Positions 10,159-20,740 are shown, counted from the stretch's first letter. The stretch is DNA of 64,000 bases from Trueperaceae bacterium (GCA_965213705.1 OZ243913.1:1696001-1760000), one strand, 5' to 3'. Notes: generated from the letters alone by a model not told the origin. A program made the numbers and translations.

Positions 10159-10288
10159 TCAGGGCAGTCTACCAAGGTGGGCGGGCGGGCAAGCTGTCAA
10201 GCTTTTGACAAGGAGGAGAAAGGAAAAAGGGAAAAGGCGAAAGTTGGGCGATTTTGACTCAACTTTCTCCTCATCCCTTTCTCCTGCT

Positions 10289-12907
10289 TTACAACCCCAC
10301 CCTCGCGCCGAGCCGGTACCAGAAGCCTTGCGCGTAGCCCACCGTCACGCCGAAACTCACCGGGGCGGCGTAGTTTAAGAGCAGGTCGGCGTTGACGCTC
10401 ACTTCGCCGCCGAGCCCGAAAGAACCGTCGAACCAGGTGCGGACTCGAGGCTCCAGCGTCAAACGCTCCAGCGCGTACAACCCGTCGCCGTAGCGAAGCT
10501 CAACGGGCACACTCACGCGGTAACCGACCGTGGCGACGCCCGCCCAGGGTTGCAAAAAGAGGGGAGCCGGCGGCGTCTGCCGATAACCGGTCCGCAGGGT
10601 GAGTTCGCCGGTTCCCGCGACGCCGAGGAAGTTCAAGGGCTGGTAAGCGCTGCCGTCGCCCCAAGCGCCGAACGACGGCCCCGTCGGTGTGGCGCTCAGC
10701 ACGCTTGTTACGCCGAAGCCGAGACCGCGCGTGCGGTAGCCCCAATCGTCGCCGCGCTGGTTGCTGAGGACGGCTGTCAAATCCGCGTCAGCTTGCCAAG
10801 CGCCATAAGAGCGCAGGTAGAGCGGCCCGCCCGTTACGCGTCCCCGTAAGGTCCAGCGGTCGAGCGGCAGGGTCAGGTCAAGGCTCGCCTCGAGCCCCGT
10901 AGCGATTTCCGTGACGGGCAACAGGTGCGGCGCGTGCGGCCACGTCCCGAGCCGCACCCCGAAGCCGAGCGGGTACGGGGGCAGCAGTCCGTTCAGCACG
11001 CTGTTGGCGCGGTAGCGGTAGCTCAGGTCGGCGTGGAAGCCGCCGAGCGGCCCGTCCAGCGCGCCCGCGTAACCGGCGGTAAAGGTGTACCCGTGCTCGC
11101 CCGAATCGTCTTGCCCCAACACGGTCGCCGCGACCGACAGGGCCGACACGTTGAGCGCGGGCGAAAGCGCCAACGGCAGCCAGCCGTAAGGAACGAGGCT
11201 GGGCCAGGGCGAGTAGCGGCGGACTTCAAAAGTTTGCTGGGATTCGTTCACTTCCGGCGGCGTTTCTTTCGTCAGGCTGAGGGCCGGAGCCGTCGGCTCG
11301 AGCCTCCCCAGCGCGAGGTCGTAGCCCTTCGCGCCCAAGCGCGTGTAAACCAGGTGGTCTCTCAAGACCGCCGCTTCGAACGCCCCGCCGAGCGTGTGGG
11401 TCTGCTGCGAGAGGTGTAACGTGGCAAGCTCGAGCCGGTACACCTCGAAAACGCCCGCCTCGCCGCGGTCGGAACTGAACAACAAGGTGTCCTCATTTTG
11501 CCAAGCCGGGTTCACCTCCTGCGCCGCGTCCTGGGTCAGAAAGGTGATTTCGTCGCCGTCCAGCAGAGCGATGTCGGCGAACCCGCCGCGCCACAAACCG
11601 AGCGCGATTTGTCCGCCGGGACTCATCGCAAGGCCGGTGAGGTGCGCGCCCGGCGGGGCTGTCCAACGCGGTGTCGTCACGCCGTCGCACCAGGACACGA
11701 GGCTCGAGCCCGTCCCGTCGTCGCGGACGTAAAGGACGCAGCCCGCCGGGTCAGGTGCCGGAAAGTGCGCCCGCGCGCCCGTGGTGAGTTGCGTTTCTTG
11801 TAAAGTCTCGAGGTCGAAGGTGAACAGCTCGAGCAACTGCGAACCCGGGTTTCGAACAGTGCGATTATAAAGAAGTGTGTGGTCGTTCAGCCATTGCAGA
11901 GTTTCGGGGCGACGGTCGCGCAGGAGAGTTCGAGGGCTCGAGAGGGTGCTGTCTTCGTCCACTTCGGCCACAGCGATGCCGGGCGGCCACGTGACCCAAG
12001 CGAGGCGGCTGCCGTCCGGGCTGATGGCCGGAGAACCCGTGTACCACCCTGTTTCGGTGAGTGTGTGTTCGTTTTCCAGCGTGTCGGCTCGAGCCTGCGC
12101 AGACGCCTCGACCCCCTCCCGCCACGCCGCCCACTCGTCCGCCAAAGACGTACCGACGGCCCGGTGCCAGGCTGAGGAGAACGTCCCTAAAAAACCGCCC
12201 GCGTTGTAGGCGCGTAAAGTGGCGAGGACGGCGTCGAACTCGTACTTGTCGACCAAAAAGTCTACAAAGCCCGCGCCCAGCAAGTAGCGCGTCAGGCCGC
12301 CGGGCCAGGCGTCGTGCGCGCCCAGGCCAGCGTCGGTGAGGGTCGGCCAAGCGTCGCTCAGGGCGAGGGTCTCGAGCACGCCCTTCGTCACGGCGTCCGT
12401 CAGTCGCCCGCCGTTCGTGTAGCGCGACTCGACCCAGACGGCGATGCCCTCCAAAAACCACGTGGGCGGGACTCGAGCCACGTTTTCACCGACGAGCCCA
12501 AACTTCGGACCCGCGGCCACGCCCCCGGGCAGCTCGGTGAACGTGAGCTGGCCTAAGTGAGTGAGTTCGTGGAGCAGTAACAACAGGAGCGGGTCGGCGG
12601 CGCAAAACCCGACCTCGCCGCCCAAGGGAAACAGCGTGCGCACCCCGAGTTGTTCTCTAGGCACGGGGTTGGCGAAGGCGTTGAACACGTCGGTGTCGGC
12701 GCGCAGGTTGATGGTGATGGGCTGCTTAGGGAGGCCGAACAGCGGCGTCAAAATTTCCAGGGCGCGTTCGGCTTTGGCCGCGACCGTTTGGGCGTAGGCG
12801 GCCTGGTCCGCGCCGTCGTACAGGACGCGCAGGTGGGGCGCGACGACCTCTTGGGTCGCCGACGCAAAACCGCTCAGGACGAGTAACACAAAAATGAGCC
12901 GGCGCAC
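10289..12907 (-). CDS. Exported protein: gluzincin-like HEXXH domain + TolB/PD40-like propeller + probable C-terminal beta-barrel
   Basis: Signal peptide from GTG 12907; HELTH and WFLEGIA; PAISPDG/PAW repeats; amphipathic strands at the C-terminus. Confidence 0.65.
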   Translation of the reverse strand: MRRLIFVLLVLSGFASATQEVVAPHLRVLYDGADQAAYAQTVAAKAERALEILTPLFGLPKQPITINLRADTDVFNAFANPVPREQLGVRTLFPLGGEVGFCAADPLLLLLLHELTHLGQLTFTELPGGVAAGPKFGLVGENVARVPPTWFLEGIAVWVESRYTNGGRLTDAVTKGVLETLALSDAWPTLTDAGLGAHDAWPGGLTRYLLGAGFVDFLVDKYEFDAVLATLRAYNAGGFLGTFSSAWHRAVGTSLADEWAAWREGVEASAQARADTLENEHTLTETGWYTGSPAISPDGSRLAWVTWPPGIAVAEVDEDSTLSSPRTLLRDRRPETLQWLNDHTLLYNRTVRNPGSQLLELFTFDLETLQETQLTTGARAHFPAPDPAGCVLYVRDDGTGSSLVSWCDGVTTPRWTAPPGAHLTGLAMSPGGQIALGLWRGGFADIALLDGDEITFLTQDAAQEVNPAWQNEDTLLFSSDRGEAGVFEVYRLELATLHLSQQTHTLGGAFEAAVLRDHLVYTRLGAKGYDLALGRLEPTAPALSLTKETPPEVNESQQTFEVRRYSPWPSLVPYGWLPLALSPALNVSALSVAATVLGQDDSGEHGYTFTAGYAGALDGPLGGFHADLSYRYRANSVLNGLLPPYPLGFGVRLGTWPHAPHLLPVTEIATGLEASLDLTLPLDRWTLRGRVTGGPLYLRSYGAWQADADLTAVLSNQRGDDWGYRTRGLGFGVTSVLSATPTGPSFGAWGDGSAYQPLNFLGVAGTGELTLRTGYRQTPPAPLFLQPWAGVATVGYRVSVPVELRYGDGLYALERLTLEPRVRTWFDGSFGLGGEVSVNADLLLNYAAPVSFGVTVGYAQGFWYRLGARVGL

Positions 12908-12991
12908 TGCGTCAGCCTCGCACATTTTTTGCACAGCCTGCGTGAAACCTGCGACTTTGCACACGACCGGACGGAAGCCCTCGAGCGGGCT

Positions 12992-13000
12992 TGGTATAGT
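12992..13000 (+). promoter_or_regulatory. Extended -10 element (leaderless clpS transcript)
   Basis: TGgTATAGT ends 6 nt before ATG 13007; no SD. Confidence 0.65.
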
Positions 13001-13006
13001 AACCCC

Positions 13007-13315
13007 ATGAGCAAGACCGCCGGGGACACCCTCACCAAGACCCGCACGCAGCCGCAGACCAAAACGCCGCCCCAGTACAAGGTGCTGCTCTTAAACGACG
13101 ACTACACCACCTGGGAGTTCGTCGTCTACGTGCTGACGCGCTTTTTCGCCAAGAGCGAGGCCGAGGCCAACCGCCTGACCCTGGAGGTCCATCAAAAAGG
13201 CGTGGTGCTGGCGGGCGTGTACACGTTCGAAATCGCCGAAACCAAGGCGCAGCAGGTGGTCCGCGCCGCGCAGCAAGAAGGCCACCCGTTCCGCGCCACG
13301 GTCGAGCCGGAATAG
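13007..13315 (+). CDS. clpS: ClpS adaptor, divergent paralog
   Basis: PPQYKVLLLNDDYTTWEFV...EVHQKG...EIAETK. Confidence 0.9.
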   Translation: MSKTAGDTLTKTRTQPQTKTPPQYKVLLLNDDYTTWEFVVYVLTRFFAKSEAEANRLTLEVHQKGVVLAGVYTFEIAETKAQQVVRAAQQEGHPFRATVEPE

Positions 13316-13388
13316 AAGGCGGGCGAGTGAGAAGTACAAGTTTTTGGTTTTACCTCCTACTCCCCCTCCCTACTCCCTTACCTGACCC

Positions 13389-13685
13389 ATGCCCACCAAA
13401 ACCCTCACCAAAACGCAAGACAAAACCAAAACGCCGCCCCGCTACAAGGTGCTGCTCCTCAACGACGACTACACGCCGATGGACTTCGTCGTGCTGGTGC
13501 TGATGCGCTACTTCAACAAATCGGAGGCCGAGGCGAACCGCACCATGCTCGCCGCGCACCAAAACGGCGTTTGTGTCGCGGGCGTGTACGTGTTCGAAGT
13601 CGCCGAAACGAAGGTCGCACAGGTCGAAAAGGCGGCCGGCGAGGCGGGCTATCCTCTAAGGTGTGCGCTCGAGCCGGAAAGCTGA
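13389..13685 (+). CDS. clpS: ClpS adaptor, canonical paralog
   Basis: PPRYKVLLLNDDYTPMDFV...MLAAHQNG...YPLRC. Confidence 0.92.
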   Translation: MPTKTLTKTQDKTKTPPRYKVLLLNDDYTPMDFVVLVLMRYFNKSEAEANRTMLAAHQNGVCVAGVYVFEVAETKVAQVEKAAGEAGYPLRCALEPES

Positions 13686-13749
13686 CCCATTCCGACGCGG
13701 CAGGCTCGAGCCCTGACGAAGCTGAGTCCCCCTTGAAAGGCTGCACCCT

Positions 13750-16005
13750 ATGATCTCACCGACCCTTCGCCAAACCCTGCTTGCCGCGGTCGACTTAGCG
13801 CGCGAGCGCGAACACGCTTACGTGGGCCTCGAGCACCTTCTTTACGCCCTGATGGCCGACGCCGACGCCGCGCCCATCCTGCGGGCGAACGTGAACATGA
13901 ACTTGCTCGAGGAGGAACTCAACGCGCTTTTGAACGAGGTCGAAACGCTGCCCACCGAGGCCGACGCGCTCTACATGGCCGAAATGACCGCGACGCTCGC
14001 CTTTGAGCGCGTCGTCAAACGGGCCGAGTACCAGATGCAGGCGGCGGGGCGGCCCCAGGCGCACGGCGGCAACGTGCTCGCCGCACTGTTCGACGAACCC
14101 ATGTCGGCGGCGTGTTTGCTGCTCGAACGTCTCGGCCTGACGAAGCTCGGCGTAACGAGCGCGCTCGCGGGAAGTTTGCCGGTAAACACGAACGGCGGCT
14201 CGAAGCGCCAGGAGGAGCCCGCCTCGCCCAACGGCCCCGCCGGGGACGCGGTGAGCGTGGACGCGAACCCCTTGGAAGCCTACTGTCTGGACCTGACCGC
14301 CAGTGCAAAAGCCGACAAACTCGACCCCTTAATTGGCCGCAAAGCCGAACTGACCCGAACTTTACAAGTCTTGTCGCGCCGCAACAAAAACAACCCGCTC
14401 TTGGTCGGCGACCCCGGCGTCGGCAAGACGGCCATCGTCGAGGGGCTGGCGCAGCGAATGGTCGCCGGCGAGGTACCCGAAGCGCTTTTGGGTGGGAGCC
14501 TGTACGCGCTCGACATGGGCGCGCTCCTCGCCGGGACGCGCTACCGCGGCGACTTTGAGGAGCGCTTAAAAGCGGTGATGAAAGAGTTAGAAGCTCAAGA
14601 GGGCGCGATTCTCTTCATCGACGAAATTCACACCGTCGTCGGGGCGGGCGCGGTTTCGGGCGGCTCGATGGACGCTTCAAACATGCTCAAACCCGCGCTC
14701 GCCAAGGGTTTGAAGTGCATCGGCGCGACGACCTTTCAGGAGTACAAAATCATCGAGAAAGACCGCGCGCTGTACCGCAGGTTTCAGCGGGTGGACGTGC
14801 TCGAGCCCAGCCACGCGGACGCTGTAAAAATTCTTGAAGGTCTCCGCTCCCGTTTCGAGGACCACCACCATCTTTCTTACGCCGACGATTCTTTGGAAAG
14901 CGCCGTCGAACTCGCCGCCAAACACCTCTCCGACCGCCGCTTGCCGGACTCGGCCATCGACGTGCTCGACGAAGCCGGGGCCGCGCAAGCGTTGCTGCCC
15001 AAAGACGAGCGCAAAGCTCGTTTAGAAGTCGGCGACATCGAAGCGACGATTGCGCGGATGGCGCGCATCCCGCCGAAGACTGTTTCAAGCGACGACCGCG
15101 GGCGTTTGAAAAGCATTGAGGCCGACCTCGGCGCGGCGGTGTTCGGGCAGGCGGGGGCGGTGCGGGAGGTCTCGAGCGCCATCAAACTCGCCCGCAGCGG
15201 CCTCCGCGACCCGAACAAACCCATCGGCAGCTTTCTTTTTTCGGGGCCGACCGGGGTAGGCAAGACCGAGCTGTCCAAACAGCTCGCCCAGCAACTCGGC
15301 GTGCCGTTTTTGCGTTTCGACATGAGCGAGTACATGGAAAAACACACCGTCTCGAGGCTTATTGGCGCGCCGCCGGGTTACGTCGGCTTCGACCAGGGCG
15401 GACTCCTCACCGACGCGGTGTCGCAAAACCCGCACGCGGTCTTGCTGCTGGACGAAATTGAAAAGGCGCACCCCGACCTGTTCAACATCTTGCTGCAAGT
15501 CATGGACTACGGCCGACTGACCGACCACAACGGCAAACAGGTCGACTTTCGCAGCGTGATTTTGATTATGACGACGAACGCGGGCGCGGCCGAGGCGAGC
15601 CAGAACGCCATCGGTTTTTCGGGCGGCACGCGGGCCGCCGAGAGCACGGCGGCGATAGAGCGCATGTTCACGCCCGAGTTTCGCAACCGCCTCGACGCCG
15701 TCGTCGGCTTCGCGTCGCTGGAAAAAGACACGATGCTTTCAATCGTGGACAAGTTTTTGGAGGAGTTGCGGCTGCAACTCGCCGACCGCAAGGTCGACCT
15801 CAGCGTGACGAGCGCGGCCAGGGCGCTGCTGGCCGAAAAGGGCTACGACCCGCTTTACGGCGCGCGGCCCCTGGCGCGGGTCATCCAGGACGAGGTGAAG
15901 CGGCCGATGGCGGACGAACTGCTGTTCGGGCAGTTGGCGACGGGCGGTAAGGTGCGGGTCGGTGCCACGGCGGGGGCGCTGACCTTAACTTACGGCTCGA
16001 GGTAG
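13750..16005 (+). CDS. clpA: ATP-dependent Clp protease ATPase subunit ClpA
   Basis: Clp N-domain, two AAA modules ([16 protein letters not shown]), IGF loop, no middle domain; follows clpS. Confidence 0.92.
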   Translation: MISPTLRQTLLAAVDLAREREHAYVGLEHLLYALMADADAAPILRANVNMNLLEEELNALLNEVETLPTEADALYMAEMTATLAFERVVKRAEYQMQAAGRPQAHGGNVLAALFDEPMSAACLLLERLGLTKLGVTSALAGSLPVNTNGGSKRQEEPASPNGPAGDAVSVDANPLEAYCLDLTASAKADKLDPLIGRKAELTRTLQVLSRRNKNNPLLVGDPGVGKTAIVEGLAQRMVAGEVPEALLGGSLYALDMGALLAGTRYRGDFEERLKAVMKELEAQEGAILFIDEIHTVVGAGAVSGGSMDASNMLKPALAKGLKCIGATTFQEYKIIEKDRALYRRFQRVDVLEPSHADAVKILEGLRSRFEDHHHLSYADDSLESAVELAAKHLSDRRLPDSAIDVLDEAGAAQALLPKDERKARLEVGDIEATIARMARIPPKTVSSDDRGRLKSIEADLGAAVFGQAGAVREVSSAIKLARSGLRDPNKPIGSFLFSGPTGVGKTELSKQLAQQLGVPFLRFDMSEYMEKHTVSRLIGAPPGYVGFDQGGLLTDAVSQNPHAVLLLDEIEKAHPDLFNILLQVMDYGRLTDHNGKQVDFRSVILIMTTNAGAAEASQNAIGFSGGTRAAESTAAIERMFTPEFRNRLDAVVGFASLEKDTMLSIVDKFLEELRLQLADRKVDLSVTSAARALLAEKGYDPLYGARPLARVIQDEVKRPMADELLFGQLATGGKVRVGATAGALTLTYGSR

Positions 16006-16086
16006 ACCGGCCACACACTTGAGCGTACTGCACAGACGTGGGGCGAGGTTACCAACCTTGCCCCCCTTGCGTTGACGTTCGTCCTG

Positions 16087-17931
16087 CTACTCGAGCGCCT
16101 TGAGAAGTCCCCCGTAAAGCGCAGCGAGTCCCGTCTCGTCCACGGGGGCGTCGGAGTTGTTTTGGGTCACGACGACGCAGTAAGTCGCGCCGTCTTCGCC
16201 GTCGAGCCAAGTCGTCAGGTTGAGAACCCCTGGTTCGGAGCCACCCTTGAAAGCGACGCGCTGCCAGTCCGCCGGGTCGGCTAAGCCGGGGTTGACGCTC
16301 ATGAGCGGAAGCGCTTGCACCTCGCCCATGAGCGCGCAGAGTTCGGCGGGTGTAAAAAACCATTCGGCTTCCAGCGCCACGGGCGTGTCTGCAAACTCGA
16401 CGCTGGATAACGGAAGGTTCGCCAACCGGGTCAAGACTTCGCGTTTGACCGTCTCGTCCCCCGCCAAGTACCGTTCCAAAAGAGCGCCGTTCCGTGGGTC
16501 TTTCAGCTTGAACAGTTCTTGTGTGGTCAAAAAAGGCCGGTTGCGCTCTGCTTTCGCCTCTACCGCTTCGCGCCCTACGATGTTGATGAGCGCGTCCGTT
16601 GCGGTGTTGTCGCTTACCGAAATCATCAGCGTCGCGAGCGTTTGTAAGGTCAGCGGCGTACCGTCGGGCCAGTCTTGCAAGATGCCGCTCGGCAAACTCT
16701 TCCACTCGGGTTTCATTTCGGCGACCTCGTCCCAAGCATGCGTGCCCGCCGCAACCTGGTCTTGCAACGCGGCGAGCACCGCGAGCTTGAAGGCCGAGCC
16801 GACCCCGAGCGGCGTGTCAGCGTTCAACGCCGCTACCTCCTCACCGTCTTTGAGAACGAGCAAGCTTGTTTGGCCGGGAAGCGCCGCTAGCTTGGCGACG
16901 GCTTCGTCCGCACCGCTGAGGTTCGGGACGACGTCACTCAACAACAAACCGGCAATGCGCCCCTGCGCGTCCAGGGCAACCTGCACGGTCGCCGTACCCC
17001 GAGCGAAGTTCACCGTGAAAGGGCTGCTGTCGCCGCTGAGCCCCTGAAAAGGTCCCAGCTGAGCTGTAAGGCTTTCCAGGTCAGCGCTGAGTTGTGAAAC
17101 GGGCACTTGCACCGCGAAATCGTCCGTAAACCAGTCGGCCTGGACGGGTTTGGCGGTGAAAAGGCGCTCGAGCGCCTCTCTAGGACTCAGTGTTGCCGTA
17201 CCGCTGGTTTCACCGGCCGCGTTTGCCGAGTCGACCGTTTCGGCTGTCTGGTCTTCTCTGGCAAGCGTAAACGGATAGGACGCCCCACCCTGGGTAAACG
17301 TTCCTTGCAACTGGTCTTCAGCCAGTGTCGCCTCGAAAGTCGGGTCGCCCGGCACCCCTTCGATGACGAAGTTGATCGTTTGCTCGGTCGCCGCCCGCAC
17401 GCTCAACAGCCCTTCAAAACTTTGTATGGGAATGGCGATGCGCCCGGCAAAAGTACCGTCTACCTCTTCAAACGTTACGCCCACTTCCAGCGCGAGCGTG
17501 TCGGGACCGATGACGCCCTGCCACGAGCCCAAAAACGCTTCAACGACGGGCGGGTCTTCCGGCACGGCCACGCGGCGCTCGAGCCGAAACGGTAAACTCT
17601 GGCCGCTTTGGGTAAAGGTTCCTGTGATGAGGTCGTCGTCTGTCAACTCGCCCTCGAAGGTCGGGTCGCCCGGCACGCCCTCGATTGTAAACGTCGCCGT
17701 GTCCGCGCTCGCCTGCACGTCCAACGCCAGACCCCGCGACCCTTGCGTGGGAATGTCGACGGTGCCCGTCAGGCCGTCCTGACCCGCCTCGAAATGGACG
17801 ATGACGCTCAAGTTCAAACTATCCGGCCCGATGACGCCCTCCCAGTCGCCTTCCCAAGCGCCTTCAAAAGCGCTTTGCGCCAAGGCCCCACCCAGGAGCA
17901 GCACAACCCCTACCCACATCCTCGTTTTCAT
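16087..17931 (-). CDS. Secreted class A beta-lactamase-like serine hydrolase with duplicated N-terminal beta domains
   Basis: SAFK (SxxK), SDN, KGG motifs; two ~90 aa repeats W.GVIGPD...EGVPGDPTFE...GTFTQ. Confidence 0.8.
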   Translation of the reverse strand: MKTRMWVGVVLLLGGALAQSAFEGAWEGDWEGVIGPDSLNLSVIVHFEAGQDGLTGTVDIPTQGSRGLALDVQASADTATFTIEGVPGDPTFEGELTDDDLITGTFTQSGQSLPFRLERRVAVPEDPPVVEAFLGSWQGVIGPDTLALEVGVTFEEVDGTFAGRIAIPIQSFEGLLSVRAATEQTINFVIEGVPGDPTFEATLAEDQLQGTFTQGGASYPFTLAREDQTAETVDSANAAGETSGTATLSPREALERLFTAKPVQADWFTDDFAVQVPVSQLSADLESLTAQLGPFQGLSGDSSPFTVNFARGTATVQVALDAQGRIAGLLLSDVVPNLSGADEAVAKLAALPGQTSLLVLKDGEEVAALNADTPLGVGSAFKLAVLAALQDQVAAGTHAWDEVAEMKPEWKSLPSGILQDWPDGTPLTLQTLATLMISVSDNTATDALINIVGREAVEAKAERNRPFLTTQELFKLKDPRNGALLERYLAGDETVKREVLTRLANLPLSSVEFADTPVALEAEWFFTPAELCALMGEVQALPLMSVNPGLADPADWQRVAFKGGSEPGVLNLTTWLDGEDGATYCVVVTQNNSDAPVDETGLAALYGGLLKALE

Positions 17932-18105
17932 ACCGCCACCTCCGAGGCAAGTCTAGGAGACGGGGTAACGCGCGACTGTAGGGCGCGTCTTCTTACCTTT
18001 GGTCACGCTGTGCTTGCAGCCCTGCCCCCGACCCAGGGTTCGTTTCCGTGGGGGTTCTACCACTACACTCAGCCTCGGGCGGCGGTCTATACTGGGCTCG
18101 CACCT

Positions 18106-18471
18106 ATGGTTCAGACAGACATCCTCACCTATTTTTTACCCGAGCATTCGGAGCCGGGCGTGGGCCGTTACTTGTTCGGCTACACCGTCAAGCTCAGCAA
18201 CCGGGGCGAGTTGGCGGTCAGGGTGTTACGGCGCTGCTGGACGCTCACCGACAGGCTCGGGCGCGTGCAAACTCTGCGCGGCACCGGCGTTGCGGGGGCG
18301 CAACCGCTCATTTTGCCGGGCGGCAGCTTCGAATACTCGAGCGTCTGTACCCTCACCACGCCGGGCGGCTTTTTAGAAGGCGTCTTCGACTTGACCGACG
18401 AAGCGCAAACACCTTTGAGCGCCGAAGTCGCCCGAACGGCCTTGAAACAACCGGGGTCACTGCCGTCCTGA
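18106..18471 (+). CDS. apaG: ApaG domain protein
   Basis: YLFGYTVKLSNRG...RRCWTLTD...GTGVAGAQPLILPGGSFEYSS. Confidence 0.8.
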   Translation: MVQTDILTYFLPEHSEPGVGRYLFGYTVKLSNRGELAVRVLRRCWTLTDRLGRVQTLRGTGVAGAQPLILPGGSFEYSSVCTLTTPGGFLEGVFDLTDEAQTPLSAEVARTALKQPGSLPS

Positions 18472-18551
18472 GCGCACTGTAAGGGTTCCGACAACACAAC
18501 TCGTAAATCTCACAAGAGATTTCGCTTCGTACGGCTCGAGCTAAGGTTTTT

Positions 18552-19400
18552 TCAGTCGAGCGGTTTTTTCAGGGACAAGGCGTTTTGCAGGTTCGCGAAC
18601 GCCTCCAACCCCAAAGCCTCGGCGCGCACCCGGGCGTCTAAGTTGGCGGCCTGCAACGCCGCTGCGACCCGCTCCGGGTCGTAGCCCGCCATGAGCAGGT
18701 TTTTCTTCAGCGTTTTGCGGCGGTGCCGGAACGCCGTGTGCACGAGTTCGAACAGGTCCTCGTCGGCTTCGGCCTGCGGGTTCACGTCTAGCCGGACCAC
18801 GCTGCTCGTCACGGCGGGCGCGGGGTAAAAGCTGTCCGGTTTGACGTCCTTGACGGTTTTTACGTCGGCGAAGTGCTGGACGACCAAGCTGAGCGCCCCG
18901 AAAGCGGGGTCGCCCGGCGCGGCCTTGAAGCGGTCGGCAACTTCTTTTTGCACCATGACGACGATGCGCCTGAACCGGCCCGACTCTAGGGCACGCACTA
19001 GAACCGGCGTCGCCACGTTGTAGGGCAGGTTGGCGACGAGAAGGCTGTTCGGGGGCAGCTGAGCGAGGTCGAACTTGAGCCCGTCGCCGTGGACCACCGT
19101 CACGTTTTCAAACCCGCCGGTCGTTTCTTGCAACACCGGCAACAGCCGCGCGTCCAGTTCGACGCTGACGACCTGGCCCGCTTCCTCGGCCAAGGCCCTC
19201 GTTAAAACGCCTAAACCGGGACCAATCTCGAGCACCGTGTCGTTCGGCTGCAGCTCGGCGGCCGCAACGACGTTTTTTAAGACGTTGCCGTCGACGAGAA
19301 AATTTTGTCCGAAATTTTTGTCGGCGCGCAGACCGTGCCGCCTCAACACGTCGGCCACGACGGCCGGGGAGTAAAGCGGCCGCTCAGCCTCGTCGGGCAC
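18552..19400 (-). CDS. rsmA: 16S rRNA adenine dimethyltransferase
   Basis: GQNFL, EIGPGLG, ANLPYN, MVQKEVA, RRKTL. Confidence 0.95.
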   Translation of the reverse strand: MPDEAERPLYSPAVVADVLRRHGLRADKNFGQNFLVDGNVLKNVVAAAELQPNDTVLEIGPGLGVLTRALAEEAGQVVSVELDARLLPVLQETTGGFENVTVVHGDGLKFDLAQLPPNSLLVANLPYNVATPVLVRALESGRFRRIVVMVQKEVADRFKAAPGDPAFGALSLVVQHFADVKTVKDVKPDSFYPAPAVTSSVVRLDVNPQAEADEDLFELVHTAFRHRRKTLKKNLLMAGYDPERVAAALQAANLDARVRAEALGLEAFANLQNALSLKKPLD

Positions 19401-19459
19401 GGCTCAACTCACCAGTCTGAAACTCGACAGCCCTCACCCGACAACCCTTACCCGGCAAC

Positions 19460-19957
19460 CTAGCTCAGGCTGATGTTGTCGGCTAAGAACTGCTCTAAGT
19501 TTTGCCGCGTCGTACCCAGCTTGGCTTTTTGCACGACCGCCAGTTCGCTGGCGAGCATGTCCTTGGCTTTTTCCATAATCTCGCGCTCGGTCGCGGCGAG
19601 GCCTTTGTCCAAGTCGCGCTGGTAGAGGACGCCCAGCAGCTTGGCGAGGTCGTAAGCGTTCCCGCTCGAGATGATGTCCTGTTCGGCCCGAAAGCGCGGC
19701 GGCCACTGGTTGGGCAAGCTCAGGTCGGCCTTGAGGATGGTGTCGTGCAACTGCTCGACCTCGTCCTTGCCGATGGTGAGCCGCAGACCCACCTCTTGCC
19801 CTTTTTTCAGCGGCACCAACACTTCCATGTCGCCACTTATAAAGACGATTTTCAGGTATTCGTGCTGCACCCCCAGAACTTCTCTGGTGGTCGTTTCTTC
19901 TATCGTACCCGCACCCTGCGAAGGGTACACCACGTCGTCGCCCACCTTGAACGTCAC
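19460..19957 (-). CDS. carD: CarD family transcription factor
   Basis: FKVGDDVVYPSQGAG, VGLR, wedge Trp (QWPPR); AGGAGG before GTG 19957. Confidence 0.88.
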   Translation of the reverse strand: MTFKVGDDVVYPSQGAGTIEETTTREVLGVQHEYLKIVFISGDMEVLVPLKKGQEVGLRLTIGKDEVEQLHDTILKADLSLPNQWPPRFRAEQDIISSGNAYDLAKLLGVLYQRDLDKGLAATEREIMEKAKDMLASELAVVQKAKLGTTRQNLEQFLADNISLS

Positions 19958-20042
19958 TAATGTGTCCTCCTGGCGGTCAACATACCATTGTTTGCGGGTT
20001 TTGTCGTCAGCGGGCGGGACGGGGAGGTTTTGAGAGGCGTTC

Positions 20043-20663
20043 TCAGGCAGGAATTGTCCGGCCCGGATAAACGACGACCGCGACCGTGCAGGGCTTGGCG
20101 TCACCGGCCTCGGTGGTTTCTTCGGCGGCGTGAAGGGCCTCTTGCACCGCCTTTATGACTTTTGCGTAGCCCTTTTCACTCAGCCGCACTTCCGCCACGC
20201 CCAGCAAGGGTTGATAAGCGCGCAAAGGCACGCCGTTCCCAAGCTCGAGCAGCCCGTAGTCCGAACCCAGCCCGTAGTCGGAACGTTCGTCAGCCTCACC
20301 TTGGGCCGCATCGAAAAACCGTTCGAACGCAGCGACGAAGCCCCGCTGCAAGCCCGTGAGCAAGTCGCCCCCGCCCGCCGTCAGCGCGTCCGCCACGGGT
20401 CCCAACAGCTCTTTGCGAAAACGAAAACGCGTCGCGACCGTTTGGTAAACGCGCCTGCGTCCGGTTTCGCTCACCGTTCGGAGCAGCCCGGCCGCCGCCA
20501 AACGCTTGACGTGGTAGTGAACCCGGTTTGTGGGCAGCCCGAGCTTTTTGGCCGCGGCGCTCGGGTTCAAGGGTTCTTTGAAGGTCTCGAGCAGCAGGTA
20601 CGTCTTGGCGTCGCAAAGAAGCTCGAGCTGTTGTTCGTTCAGGGTGAACACGGTTTCCGTCAT
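20043..20663 (-). CDS. Winged-HTH (ArsR-like) regulator
   Basis: AAKKLGLPTNRVHYHVKRLAAAGLL...RRVY. Confidence 0.75.
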   Translation of the reverse strand: MTETVFTLNEQQLELLCDAKTYLLLETFKEPLNPSAAAKKLGLPTNRVHYHVKRLAAAGLLRTVSETGRRRVYQTVATRFRFRKELLGPVADALTAGGGDLLTGLQRGFVAAFERFFDAAQGEADERSDYGLGSDYGLLELGNGVPLRAYQPLLGVAEVRLSEKGYAKVIKAVQEALHAAEETTEAGDAKPCTVAVVVYPGRTIPA

Positions 20664-20740
20664 GCCCTATTGTGCGGGCGGGCGTTTTCAAATGCTATGT
20701 GAGAATTTGAAAAGGGCAACCGAACGGCTGTCTTGCAGGC

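Noticed and set aside
18106..19400. E. coli-like ksgA-apaG operon
   Set aside because: The genes are convergent here and apaH is absent; adjacency may be coincidental
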